Assembly: GCA_052327205.1 (NCBI GenBank)
Contig: CM126221.1
Span: 43,338,001 to 43,402,000, forward strand
Length of the DNA stretch: 64,000 bases
From: Somniosus microcephalus
Lineage: Eukaryota
Reading direction: 5' to 3'
Shown here: positions 38,851 to 51,848 of the stretch, in pieces
Position numbering within the stretch: position 1 is the stretch's first letter
Layout: each line of letters opens with the position of its first letter
Translations under genes and position numbers: made by a program
The notes under the pieces: generated by a model
Seen by the model: the letters and a program-made list of their open reading frames with translations, nothing else
The model's database searches: none
Told to the model about the DNA's origin: nothing

Positions 38851-40161
38851 GTAGGAATAATGTGTGTGATGTGGTGCAGTACTCGTATCTGATATAATCC
38901 ACTTATTATACAGGTATCCTTGAAACAAATATTGCACTTTATTACACAAAGCATTTGTCCCAAACTGTCTCTGCATTTCACAATGTAGTTTTATTTGCTG
39001 CATGTCCTATAAATAACCTTTTGAAAAGGAGCTTTTATTATGTTGTTCACTTTCTTGCCTCTTAATTACTGTTTTTACTCAACTATTTTTTCCCTTCAGT
39101 CAAAAGCCATAACTCTCGAGGGGGGGAAAAAGGTCATGGCAATCAGAGTGTCTTGACCAAGACAAAAAGAAACAACCAGGAAACATTAATAGTAATTATA
39201 AAGAAAAAGAAAATTATGTAATGTAACATCTCTGCTAATGCAGTTTAATTCCTTCCATTTCATTCACAGCTCCCAGATAGTAGTTGTTCCTCTTTCCTTC
39301 CACATTTTTAAGATTCAGCTCAGCACAAAACGAACGTGAGAGGGGGGGAAAAAAAGGAACTGATGGTCTGAGATTGTCTCCCATTTCAGTTTAGTCTGAA
39401 TTCTGTAATGGATAGTGAGGCAACTTTTCATTAATGAGCCTCAGTGCCTGTTTCAATGGTAGATTAATAAATCAGGATTAAACCTAAAATCAGATTCTGC
39501 TGCTAGTATTTAAGTTGTCATAATCAGGTGCATTCACTATTTGAGGATCTGTTTGTGGCAGACTGTGGACGATTTATCTTTTCCCTTTATCCCTCCATAG
39601 TGTGCCAGTGTGTATTAGTAGTGCACACAGGGCACTTCATGTTATGGAGAAGGGGGTGTTGACTGCTGATCTTTTACCCTTTGGCTATGGTCAAACTGAG
39701 TTCATCAAAATCTTATGTATGTGCAATGGGTGTTTGATTTTTTTTACAACAGTCAAATCCAGCTTGGATACTTACGTTCCCATTCAATAGCTCTTATATA
39801 AAGGACTGAAGTCTGAAATTTATTTTCAATATATAGCCATTTGCAAACTATAATAACAGGAGGATGGCAGTTTACCTCCTGTTTGACCAAAGTAGGCAGC
39901 AACGAATGCTGCAATTCACATTTGCATGGCACGTTCCAATTTTCTGGCTTTTGATTTATTTTTATGACTGTAACTCAGGTCCAATCATCCATGACTTTGT
40001 ATCCATCAAGTTAACATAACAAAATAAAAATTAGTGATCTGAGCTATCTCGAAGATGGGGACTATATGCGATTACAGACCATATACAATATTTGGCACTA
40101 GAGAGCTTGTAGCAGAGTTGCTTATTCCACGTTTTAAGTATTTTTCTCTGATAACTTTTAG

Positions 40162-40269
40162 GCCTTTTCAATAGACATCATACGACACAAGGACTCTATA
40201 GATGAGTTGATAAACACCCAAGAAGAAATCCTGAGTACCTGCGGAGATGAGCAGAAGACTATGTTGCAG
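40162..40269 (+). CDS. MACF1: MACF1 exon (AFSIDIIRHKDSIDEL...KTMLQ)
   Basis: tttag| ... CAG|gtatt, 108 nt. Confidence 0.94.
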
Positions 40270-40656
40270 GTATTGTTTCTGTACTTCTGAAGATGGCCTG
40301 CCACAACTGTAGAATGGATGTTTGTTTACAAATTATGCCTAAAGGCTTACTAGGCTTTCTCAGAAAACGAAATTGTGAATTTATATATTTATTTTTCATC
40401 TATAAAATTTATCATTACTTACAGACCATAACCATTTGTGAGAAAGCTCTTGATCAACCATGTAAATTTGTCAACCAAGGCCTCTGATGTTGGAAAATAG
40501 GTTCTGTCATAGTGCTGATGTGTTATAATTTATCAGTAACAAACTATTTACCACCTATCTAATAATGTTTAATCTAATTTTTTTTATAATAATGGAGTTT
40601 AATGACTGTATGCCAGAGCCTAAATTATGTACATCTATACACACACATCCACATAG

Positions 40657-40875
40657 GCAAAGATGGACTTGTTGCAGCAGCAGTATGAGACAGTCAGTCA
40701 GATGAACACTGAAAGATACTCCCAGTTGGAGCGGGCTCAGGTCCTGATTAACCAGTTCTGGGAAACATACGAGGAGCTGTGCCCGTGGCTTGATGAGACC
40801 AGAACTCTGATATCGCAGCTCCCACCACCAGCCGTTGACCATGAGATCCTGAAACTACAACAGGAAGAAATGCGG
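40657..40875 (+). CDS. MACF1: MACF1 exon (AKMDLLQQQYETVSQ...QEEMR)
   Basis: catag| ... CGG|gtaag, 219 nt. Confidence 0.92.
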
Positions 40876-41460
40876 GTAAGGATAAAAGGGCAGTGTAGGT
40901 TGGTCTGTTCACTTGAAGACTATTGTGTATGCATGCCTCTGATATACTTCAGGTGACCAGATTCTCCATTGGCACCAGTAGACCATGTGGGATTGAAAAA
41001 AAACCAACAGGAGATGAGGGGGACACGGCGTATGTTGTCTGTGTGTACCTACTGTGTATGCTATTCTCGTTTGCCAATAAAGGGGAGAGGAGGGCATAGT
41101 GTTTCAGAACAGACATAAACATTCTGGTTGTGAAAGTGGAATTGCAGGTTCATTAATCAGATTTGTGTTATGCAAAATATGTGGAATAATATTTGTATAA
41201 AACAACATAAAAAGGGAAATTCAGTGCTCCCAGCAGGAATCCATGCTTGAAGACAGTGCAGGTCAGAGAATCAGAGCTGCAGTATTATAGCCCTGTTCTG
41301 ACCCAAACTCCCTTTGTGTGTGGCTCCCTTCTGGGTGCATAGGAGTGCTGAACTTGCCCTTTAGCCGTTTTGCTTCATATTATGCAAAAGGTGTAATCTT
41401 AGACCAGAATGTATTTAGACCTTCTTCCACACTTTGAGATCTGTATTTTTTTTATAACAG

Positions 41461-41664
41461 CAACTTCGTGAATCAATCTCTGAACACAAGCCTCATATCG
41501 ATAAACTGATGAAGATTGGCCCTCAGTTGATGGCATTGAATCCTGATGAGGGCAAAATGGTTCATGAGAAATATACCACTGCTGAAGCACTTTATACTAA
41601 AATAAAACAGGATGCAAGACAGCGGGCTTTGGCGTTGGATGAAGCAATTTCACAGTCTGCTCAG
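41461..41664 (+). CDS. MACF1: MACF1 exon ([16 protein letters not shown]...AISQSAQ)
   Basis: aacag| ... CAG|gtatg, 204 nt. Confidence 0.95.
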
Positions 41665-42559
41665 GTATGAGCCTAGCTGTATAGATTTGCATGGGGATTT
41701 TTTGATGGCTGTTTTATTTGTTTATTAAAAAGGAATCTCCTTACTTTTTGTTCTTTTAGTTCCCCACTGCTGTCACTTCATCATAGTATAATTTCTGCTT
41801 TGGCTGAGTGCTGGCTAGTCTGGACCACAGGCATCTCCTTGGCCAACATCAATGCTGCTCTTTGAGAGTGAGAAGTGCACTCTACTGCTAGCGCTATTGC
41901 TCCTATGTGGCTGATTTTAGAACCATCAGAGACAGTAATAAAGTAAGATGGGGTGGATGAGCAGTGAATGACCAACTGACCAGCCAAAAGATGATTTTTT
42001 GATGAGAGTGCTTGAAGTATTTCAAGTTAGCAACCATATATGTGAAGAACTCCTCCTTTCGCAAGTCACATGGTATTTTACCATACTGTAATGAAATGAC
42101 TAAGAATGGGATTGGGTTGTCCATTTTCTCCTTTGGGTGGGTACACCTCTTTATATAATGGCTATTGATACATGCTTACTGGCTAGTCCATTCGTCAGTA
42201 GTGTTGATGATAAAGCTATCCATAGTTCTGTTTGACATGGTGTTCTAGCCAGGAATTAGTAGCAATGGAAGCAAATAGGGGGAAGGAGCCAGTACAGCAG
42301 AATTAAAAGAATATTATGACACACATACTTTCCAGTTTTACAAAAACACCACGGCGTAACGCAGGTCATGTTTGTAAAGTGTATCCCTTCCATGTTTGTC
42401 TTGCTTGGTGCATTCCCTTGTGTTAACCCATCACAGTTTCCTCATACTAACCTGTCATTTGTTTTCCATTCCGCTCACCTCGTGGAATTAAATGTTTATT
42501 TGTCGACATCTCCTGCTACGTTGTGTTTAATTTTTGTGTTCATCACATCCGTTCATTAG

Positions 42560-42568
42560 AATGCTGAG
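42560..42568 (+). CDS. MACF1: Candidate 9-nt microexon (NAE)
   Basis: ccgttcattag|AATGCTGAG|gtaagc; frame-preserving, between SQSAQ and FHDK. Confidence 0.6.
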
Positions 42569-42669
42569 GTAAGCAAAGCTCCTTGGACACTCGATGCTGT
42601 CACGCTTTAGGGTTGCTTTTCTGTTTTATTTTCTGTGTGGGTGTGTCTGTCGCTAAAGTTGGTTACCAG

Positions 42670-42684
42670 ATAACGTTGACAGAG
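42670..42684 (+). CDS. MACF1: Candidate 15-nt microexon (ITLTE)
   Basis: gctaaagttggttaccag|ATAACGTTGACAGAG|gtaaag; frame-preserving, weak pyrimidine tract. Confidence 0.35.
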
Positions 42685-43655
42685 GTAAAGAACAACCCCT
42701 GTACAATTTATATTCATGGGTACTCTGAAAGGTCACTTATTATTTAACGGATAGTGGGTTCGACTTTGCTAAATTTTACCAGATAAGATGGGTTGCTCTG
42801 ACCATGGTAAATTGATCTATTTCTTCGGAAGCACTGTACTCGAGAACAGGCATTCTCATTAAAATGAATTTCCAGTATTTTTAATATTCAGTGAATTTTG
42901 TCATTATTGAGATTTTTTTCTTTTTGATTCTAATACACTGTCCCGATTAGGTTGAAATGCCTCTCTCTTAACTGCCCTAATGATAGGCTTGAGTCCAACC
43001 TCAAAAAAGCGCAGTCTACTGAACCAGTATAACCGTTCCATTTCCACTTCTCACACGATAGCCTGTCTGAGTGTGATTGTCCAGTTAGTGTTGAATTATG
43101 GGCATCTGTCCACTTATAACATGGTTGAGATCTCCTCAAATTGATTTAAGTTAAGACCTCCACAGCCATATGAGAAAGTAGAGTTTCCTCCCAACCATCT
43201 GGGCTTGATTTGAGCCCAGACCTCTGGGTGAAAGAAAAGTTTTCAAGACTACTATGTTACCGAGCCATTACAAACCCAGCCTACATTCTGATGCATGACA
43301 TAATGGAGCTATAATGTTCAAAATTTTATATGTATATATAAATCGTTCATGGCTCCCTTATTGTTTGTGACGTTGATGAGGCCCTAAGTTGAGTCCCAGC
43401 TATATTGATTGCTTGTTCTGCTGCTCTTGCGATAGCAATCTATGGAATAGGTCATTTAAATTGATAGGCATCATTTAAGGTGTAATTCAGCATTTTTAAC
43501 CTTTGGGATGTTTGGTTTTAAGTAAAATATCCATAATTTGTCACACATTTCAAAAAGATTGGCTTCATCTAGGGGATTTCTTCAACTACTATTGTGACTA
43601 GTTAATCAAATACATTTGTTTTAATCTCCATGTGAGATAAGTGAGTAAAAACATT

Positions 43656-44441
43656 GGGCCGGAATTTGTGGTCAGAGGCATACCTCCAGAGTTTGCCTCC
43701 GACCCAATTAAAAAAAAATAAAAAATAAAAATCCGCACCTATCTTCAGGCTCCCGGGCTTCGGAGACTTTGGGACCTGTGTCTGCAGGCATATGCCTGCG
43801 CAAAGGCCCACAGATCCCAGGGACGCAGTGGTTCGGAAGCGTCCCTGGGATCATGTGGGCCAGGTCTTCCAATCAGAAAGGAGGATTCTTCATATGCTTA
43901 TGGGGATTCCATTTACGAACGGGATCCCCATAAACATATGAGGATCCCCAAATAATTAAATAATTTATGCAACTGAAATAAAAAATAAATGTTTTCATTT
44001 TCCAATTTAAATAAAAGTCCCTTCAATGAAGCGTTTACAATAAAACTTAAATTTTTTGAAAAATTAATTTTAAGCATTTTAATCTGGGTCAGAATTTACA
44101 TGCACAAACATTTAAAATTAGTTTGATTTTTTTATTTTTATATTTTTTATTTAAAATTTATATTGCCCCTTACACTGGTGAAAGCAGGCCCTACGCCTGC
44201 TTTTCCCAGGCGTAAGGGTTTCATGGGCATTTGTTGGGCAGTAGTTGGGCAAATAGCCCAAACCTGTGCCAGCGAAAGTGATTTTTGAGGCCATGCAGTA
44301 AATCTGTCATGGTTCGCCTTGACAGATCGCAAGTTCTAGGTTTTCGCACATGCCTAGCGCATGCAGAAACCCGGAACTTACGGGGCCTTTTACAAAGCTG
44401 ACGACAGCGTATGCCATCATCGGCACTGCAGAATCAGGGCC
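43656..44441. mobile_element. Harbinger-type MITE
   Basis: ATT|gggccggaatttg ... cagaatcagggcc|ATT; 3-bp TSD, imperfect TIRs, AT-rich core. Confidence 0.65.
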
Positions 44442-45154
44442 ATTAATTTACAAATTGAAATAAACAGTTAAAGTGCAGCATATTAAGTGATTATTGGTAG
44501 TTTTCCACACTACAATTTGGTTTGATAACTTGCAAAAATATGAACAAAAAATTCAAGCATTTGCATTATTACATGAGCTAAATTATGTTTCATTGTATAT
44601 GTATTTACTGATGCTAATTTTTTGTGTTTCTTTTAATCCTAATTTTATAGTACTGCCTAAGAATGGAATTTTCCGTACTGAATTTAATTTGTTTGTAGAT
44701 TGCCCAAGAAGAGAGTAATTCAACCTTGAAAGTGAATCTCAACCACTGGTTGTAACATCAGCGCAATTTTATTAATCTCAAAAGTCAAATCTTTATATAG
44801 TCTTGGGTTTAACATTAGTGAAAATGCCTGAAAAAATATAAAATGACAAGACTGTTTAGTTTACACAAAATAACTTCCCCTTACTCCAAATACAAATGTG
44901 GAATTGCACTTGGTGCGAAATGTGTGACTTTATTATTATAGCCTGTGTTTTGTTTAATTTAGAGTGTCAGTATTTCTGTATTTTTCCATTCTACTAGTCT
45001 CATGTGTATTAAAAAAGATTAAGAATTGCACAGAAATTCATATGAAAATCTGGGTGTATTCGCCTTATCCAATAAAGTGGACTTTTCAGTCAACAAATTA
45101 GTTACTAATAAATTATAATGTAAGAACAGATTTTACTTGCATTCTATACACAAT

Positions 45155-45817
45155 GGGGGAGAAATTGGGTGAGTAGCGCCTAAAGAGGCAGTCAGTGGCT
45201 GTAGCGCCACTGGCTGCGTCTCCCGCGATATTCAGTAGGGGCGCTAATGGTGGCGTTAGGCTTTTGCGCTGCGCCGCCACTGATGACGTCATCGGTGTGC
45301 GCAGTGCCCCGTTCGCAATATTTGGTAGCGAACGCCGCAGTTGCGCCGCTCGCTACCCGCGCCCGGTTCACGGGGCCTTACTGTGCCGGCAGTGGCGCAA
45401 GTTAAGGTGGAGGTGCGGGAAGCGGCCGCCTGCCAGCACCTCCGTCCCCGGCCTCCTAACCCCCCCCCCCCCCCCGCGGCATTGCCAGCTGTTTCCAGAG
45501 AGCCCGGCACTTCTCCTTGGTGCCGGGCTCATTTGCTGGCACTCGCGAGCGGGGATCGCGCTGTTGCAGGCACCTCCCCCTTAACAGTGGGAGGAAGGCC
45601 TGCAGTACCGCAGCGTGTGGCGCTGCGGCACGTTGCGCTGCAATAATCAGTTTCAGCGCCCTAAGAGGGGCGTGGAGCGCCTCGAGAGTTGCCCCGTGTC
45701 CCTCGAGCGGCACTGAAACTGAATTTCTGCCGATCGGAATTACTCCGATCGCTGCGCTAAATCCTGCGCTCAGGCGACTTTTGCGCCACTTTGGCGCCCC
45801 AACCCAATTTCTAGGCC
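45155..45817. mobile_element. Harbinger-type MITE related to the element at 19861-21487
   Basis: AAT|gggggagaaattgggt ... acccaatttctaggcc|AAT; shares the tagcgcc and gatgacgtcat subterminal motifs. Confidence 0.8.
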
Positions 45818-45968
45818 AATGCATTTTACTGAAAATTATCTGTAAAATGAGGCTGCTCATTGCTTTACTGGATTTCTGCTACACAGACATTGTTTTAAAT
45901 AAAGGGTAATTCTGAGAAAATTCTCAGGCAATGCCAACAACTTCTCCTTTTATTTATGGTCCGTTTAG

Positions 45969-46200
45969 TTCCATGATAAAATCGATCCAATGCTAGAGTC
46001 TCTGGAACACATTGCTGATCGGATGCGGATGCCTCCATCAATACCCGCCGAGGTTGAGAAGATCAGAGAGCACATCAATGAGAATAAAAATATTGCCATG
46101 GAGCTCGAAAAACTTCAGCCGTCTTTTGAAGCTCTTAAACGTCGTGGTGAGGAGCTGATTGGACGGTCATCTGGAGTGGATAAGGATCCTGCAGCTAAAG
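45969..46200 (+). CDS. MACF1: MACF1 exon ([18 protein letters not shown]...DPAAK)
   Basis: tttag| ... AAG|gtatt, 232 nt, phase 0-1. Confidence 0.95.
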
Positions 46201-47264
46201 GTATTGAATTTTAAGTTTACTTCTAAACTTCTAAATTTATATACAATTACAAGTCTATTCGCCATTGTAAAGGCTGCTGTCATTATATGCATTGTTGAAT
46301 GAAGAAACTTGCATTTTATATGGTGCTTTACACCATGTCACAACATACCCAAGTGCTACACAGCCAATTAATTATTTTTGAAGTGTAGTCACTATTCTAA
46401 TATGGACAAATGAAGCAGCCAATTTGTGCAGTGCAAGCACCACAAACCGCAGTGAGTTGAATGACCAGCTAAGTTCAATTCTGTTATTCAAGTATATAAA
46501 GGTGTTTTTCAAGCAAATGTAATTAAGTAACCTACCCATTAAATTCATCACAAGTATAACTGATTCATTCAATTATTCAGAGTTGCATAATTGAATGTGT
46601 CCTTTATGCTTGTGATAACCTTCCAACTCACTAAAAAGTGGTAAAGCTTAATGTAAGAGAAAGATCTCGCTGCCTTTAGGTGGGGCAGTGCTTCAGTCCT
46701 GTATCTGGTTTATTTGGGGGAATAAAACCGTCATTAATGCATTTCACATTCAATGACAGAAAGCAAAGCATCCTTTTGTGTTTAAGTTGTGCAGCTTGTT
46801 TAAGTTTTCTCAGCTGGGAGAGATCTCAAGCATGGTGTACTTAAACAGATTCAATTGTACTATGCATTTATCAAAGGCTGTAATCATTCTATTTCCATCT
46901 CTGAGATGGGGACTTCAGGTGTGTTGATTATTAGAATTTGTTGCATGTTACTGCATTTTTGGCTATTTAATACTGTTTTACACTAATAAAAATTCTCTCA
47001 GCATTTGCCTCCTGTTTTTATGCAGTTGAGGAGTAACTGATCCGATTTGGATAGGGTTCGACACAGTCAGCATTATCAAACAGCTCTGAGTAGTCAGATA
47101 ATTGGTTTTTGAAGTGTTTGACGTGTAATATTGTTACCTTTCATTGTCTACTCTGATGGCCTCCTTTCTGGCTGCATTCAACCTTCCTGCAACCATAGAT
47201 TAGGAACAGGAACACCTTCTTAAAGATTCTAGCTTACTTTTATTTCCAATTTGTAATGCTTTAG

Positions 47265-47491
47265 CCATTCAAGACAAATTGGATGAGATGGTATTCTACT
47301 GGGAAGATATCAAAGCTCGTGGTGAAGAGAGGGATAATAAACTTCTGGATGTACTTGACCTGGCTGAAAAGTTCTGGTATGATATGGCTGCCCTGCTGAC
47401 TACCATTAAGGACACACAGGACATAGTGCGAGACCTGGAGAGTCCTGGTATTGACCCCTCAATCATTAAACAACAACAGGAGGCTGCAGAG
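47265..47491 (+). CDS. MACF1: MACF1 exon ([18 protein letters not shown]...QQEAAE)
   Basis: tttag| ... GAG|gtatg, 227 nt, phase 1-0. Confidence 0.95.
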
Positions 47492-47713
47492 GTATGGATA
47501 TGGCTCAAATATGGAAAACTTTACAATACTTTATTCATAGTTCGTATGAAAGAATCACTGTTTTGGACATGCTCCAAATATTTATTAATTGTATTTGTCT
47601 TGTTCAGCATCTCAAAAAAAAAAAAAAAGGCTTGGAATTTTCTAAAACAGTAGATTATAGTGTGGTTAGCACACAGGATTAATAACAATTTCCTGGTAAT
47701 CTGTTGATTTCAG

Positions 47714-47836
47714 ACTATTAAAGAGGAGACAGATGGGCTCCATGAGGAACTGGAATTTGTGCGAATCCTGGGAGCAGACCTCATCTTTGCTTGTGGAGAA
47801 TTTGAAAAACCGGAAGTGAAGAAAAGCATAGATGAG
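47714..47836 (+). CDS. MACF1: MACF1 exon ([41 protein letters not shown])
   Basis: ttcag| ... GAG|gtaaa, 123 nt. Confidence 0.95.
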
Positions 47837-47880
47837 GTAAATGATGAATAAGGAATAATGTATGGTGCAGCTTGATACTA

Positions 47881-48164
47881 CAGGAAACTTTTTTTATCTG
47901 GCACCGATGGGACCGGCGTGGTGCCGGTTTATCAAAAAGTCCGGATTACAGAGAGGTATAGAAAAAGGTACGAGAGCTCCGTACACAGCAACAAATCCAG
48001 GCGTCCCTGTTGCTTAGCAACAGGTGCAGGAATCCTGGTTACACAGCCACAGATCCAGGAACGGCCACTAATATGAAGTATAACTTACCTGAACCTACTC
48101 CTGAATTTTGCCGGTTAACAGAGATTTCCGGTTATTTACGTGCCGGTAAATCGAGAGTTTCCTG
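47881..48164. mobile_element. Tc1/mariner-pogo (Tigger-like) MITE, copy 2
   Basis: TA|caggaaactt ... gagagtttcctg|TA; ends similar to 34141-34677. Confidence 0.85.
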
Positions 48165-48751
48165 TAATATGTTAGAACTGGACTGAGACCAGCAGGTTAG
48201 AAAGGCCATGAGACTAGAGCTATGTTATTTGATATTTTATTCATTGAATATTTAAGTATATTCCATCATAAAAACAGTACAGTATCTCCTAATAGTAACA
48301 CTATTGAAGACACCATAACATGTCATGCAACATAATGTATATTTGCATAGAGCTCCCTCTCTAATGCTTTTTGATGACTCCTAAAGGCCTTCCCTAGGTC
48401 TAGAATACTTTGATTAAATGGACATTCAGTATTTTGCATAATAACATGTTAATGTTCTGCTGAACAACCCCCAGTTTGTTCAGATTATAATTTTTCAGCA
48501 AAAATGAATTTTAATAGCCCACCCATTTGCACAATCAAAATGCATGTTGTTTTATCATAAATCAGTTTTATGTGAAAGATGAGATATGAATTCAGTGTTA
48601 TAACATGAAAAATGGCTGGCTTAATGAAAAATCAGTTAACTGTTTATTTGAGAGTTAAATCTTGAAGTAGGATTATAATAAGTACGACTAAAATCTAAAC
48701 CTCAGAAGCAACAGCAAGTAGCAGCCTGATATATTGATTTGTCATACAATT

Positions 48752-49035
48752 AGAAACATAGAAGATAGGAGCAGGAGTAGGCCATTCGGCCCCTCGAGCC
48801 TGCTCCGCCATTCAATGAGATCATGGCTGATCATCCAAATTCAGTACCCTGTCCCTGCCTTCTCCATATCCCTTGATCCCCTTAGCCTTAAGAAATATAT
48901 CTAACTCCTTCTTGAATATATTTAATGAATTGGCCTCAACTGCCTTCTGTGGTAGAGAATTCCACAGGTTCACCACTCTCTGGGTGAAGAAATTCCTCCT
49001 CATCTCTGTCCTAAATGGCCGACCCCTTATCTTTA
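48752..49035 (-). mobile_element. CR1 LINE short 3' end copy
   Basis: Nearly identical to 14953-15235 (MRRNFFTQRVVNLWNSLPQKAVEAN). Confidence 0.92.
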
Positions 49036-49149
49036 GAATTGCTACCTAGACTGGCAGGTGCTTTGTTGGGAAAATATGAATAAAATATAAGTGAGCTTGA
49101 TTGAATGCAGAGGGGATCAGTGAACAGGAAGTATTAGACTGTGCAGGTA

Positions 49150-49507
49150 GCCGCCCCTCCCTATTTCTGTAACCTCCTCCAGTCAGCAACCCTCCAAGAT
49201 CTGCACTCCTCCATTTCTGGCCTCTTGCACAGCCCCGATTTTCACCCCTGCACCATCAGCGGCAGTGCCTTCAGCTACCAAGGCCCTAAGTTTTGGAACG
49301 CCCTAAACCCCTCTGCCTCTCCACCAATCTCTCTCCTCCTTGAAGATGCTCCTTAAAACCTACCTCTTTGACCAAACTTTTGGTCATCTGTCCTAATGTC
49401 TCCTTATGTGACTTGGTGTCATAGTTTGACTGATTAGGCTTCTGTGCAGCGCATTAGGACATTTTACTACGTTAAAGGCACTATATAAATGCAAGTTGTT
49501 GTTGTTG
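49150..49507 (+). mobile_element. L2 LINE 3' end fragment
   Basis: Reverse-complement similarity to 9860-10230; tail ctatataaatgcaagttgttgttgttg. Confidence 0.85.
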
Positions 49508-49554
49508 TACCGTCATGTTTCCATTCTGATGGATTATGTCATAACTATTTCTAG

Positions 49555-49656
49555 CTCAACTATACTTGGGATAACCTGAACAAAACATGGAAGGAGCGGA
49601 TGGACAAACTAGAGGAGGCCATGCAGGCAGCTGTCCAATACCAAGATGCATTACAG
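49555..49656 (+). CDS. MACF1: MACF1 exon ([34 protein letters not shown])
   Basis: tctag| ... CAG|gtaag, 102 nt. Confidence 0.94.
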
Positions 49657-49746
49657 GTAAGGCGTGTTCTGCATAGAGTCTATCTATATGTGTATACAGT
49701 TCTAATTTGGACAATGGTTCCTAATCTGGTTATTTTTACTTTTTAG

Positions 49747-49848
49747 GCAATGTTTGACTGGCTGGATAACACTGTAATAAAACTTGGTGAGATGTCTCCA
49801 GTTGGCACAGATATCAACACTGTGAAGCAACAAATAAATGAAATGAAG
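49747..49848 (+). CDS. MACF1: MACF1 exon ([34 protein letters not shown])
   Basis: tttag| ... AAG|gtgtg, 102 nt. Confidence 0.94.
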
Positions 49849-50495
49849 GTGTGTTAACGTTGCAGCAGAATAATACTGAACACGCACAAAACTTTTAAAA
49901 AGCAGCATGAAAGTAGAAAACGAAAGTAGTCTCTACTTTTTGCTTTTTCTGTGATTCTCATCCATTTTATATTAGCTTCATCTAAAATGAACATTTGTTC
50001 CTTTACTGGATTGAAAATATCTACCGAATATCCAATGTTGGATGGTTCAGCTGGTTTTTAGGCAGTGAATAGCTGAACCATACTGAGCGCAAGGTGCCAG
50101 GTTTGTACTGACTTGGGCAGCAGCAGTGGCATTACTATTGGCCTCAACCATTGGGTTCAGATGGGGAAAGCCCCTAGACTTCATGAGGACAGAATCAAGC
50201 TCGCTAGGCTGTCCCCTTCATTTTAGTCACCTGCTGACACTACTGTCTACACTCGCACAGAAGTATGGTCATTCTGCAAGGTACCGCAGGGTGACCGATG
50301 TCCATGGACCTGCACCGTAGCAACGCGCCAACATTTTAAGAAAGGATGAGGGGAGAAAATTGCTGGAAAAAATAGGAGGGGAAAAAACTGTCATCTGATG
50401 GCTTTGATTTTAAATTTGTTACATTCTTAACTGCATGAAATTAATGTGCCCTAATGGACGACACTTAACTTTCCCACTGTATTTGCATTCCACAG

Positions 50496-50669
50496 GAATT
50501 TAAAATGGAGGTTTACCAGCAGCAAATAGAGATGGAAAAACTGAACCACCAGGGGGAGCTACTGCTAAAGATAGCCTCAGATGACACTGACCGAGACATA
50601 ATTCAACAGCCACTCACCGAGCTCAAACACCTCTGGGAAGATCTGGGAGAGAAGATTATTCACAGACAG
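50496..50669 (+). CDS. MACF1: MACF1 exon (EFKMEVYQQQIEMEKLNHQGE...IIHRQ)
   Basis: cacag| ... CAG|gtaca, 174 nt. Confidence 0.95.
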
Positions 50670-51848
50670 GTACAAGAGGGCCTGGTGTAACCAGGATTCC
50701 CGAGTGCTGTTTTTCATATATTTAATAATACACGTACGTACATACCTTTGCCAGTGTATCTTACAGATGAGGGAAGAATATCTGAAAGTCCATGAAAGGA
50801 AACGGGCCATGGCAGTTGTGCAATCAGTTTGGTTACTTAACTCAGCAAATTAACATACAGTGAAGGGCTTGGGGAAAAACATGACCAAGTTTTGATATTA
50901 GATACAGCATCCCCATGTTGTAAAGTACTTAATTTTATCAAAAACGTATTAAGTATTGTGAAGCCATGCCTTCATCTCTTATCAGATCCCTCCTGATAGT
51001 CGTGGTCAACATGAACAACTGCCGTCCTGAAACTTTGTCTCCAAATCTGTGCAAGCAGAGATTGACGAGTGTCAAAGTCTGTTTGAAAATAGATTTGTGC
51101 ACTATATGACGAGAATCAAAAATTAAGAAAATGTGCCTCCAGCATCGTGTGAATTCTGGTGTTATTGTAGCAGAACTGAGCAGACTTCATTTCTTGTGAT
51201 ATATTTGATTTAAAAGACAAAATGAAACAAACAAATAGTATTTTAACATATGAGCCACAATTTGTAAATAATAGGGACAGTTGCTGATATTATGTAAGGA
51301 ATTTTAGCGTGGGTGTGGAAGGCGGGGTTAAATGGGCAAAAAATCAAAGCGTGTCAGAAAGCTGGCTCCAACCTGCCGACTTCCAGGATTACTAAGAGGC
51401 AGGCAGCCAACCCGCTCCCAAGAGGCAGATTGGCATTTTAAATAAGTCAATGAGGCTGGAAGCCTCGGATTTAATCTGCTTTGCAGATTTTAGTGTGACC
51501 GGCCGGGTTTCCCGGGTATCGGGAAATCTGGCAGCTGCAACAAGGCGAGGACAGCCTCAGGGAGAAGGTAAGTGGGCCAGAAGGAGCAGGAGTGCTTCCT
51601 CCTGACCCCCAAGCTCCCCCACCATCAGAATTAAATCTCCACAACGTGCGGGGAAACCCAAAATCCCCCCCCGCCCCCCCCCCCCCCATGAGTCTGCAAC
51701 ATACAGATATTTTCACAGACATTTACATCTAGAAAAACTTAAGAATAAAACTATTCCATACCAAGTGTACTGTAAATAACATCATACCTTCTTAACCCTT
51801 GAATGAGGCCAAGTAATTTTTTCTTAAAGTGAAATTTAGACTTGTGTA

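Noticed and set aside
51290-51700. GC-rich patch resembling another MITE remnant
   Set aside because: No paired TIRs or TSD could be defined, so it was not called
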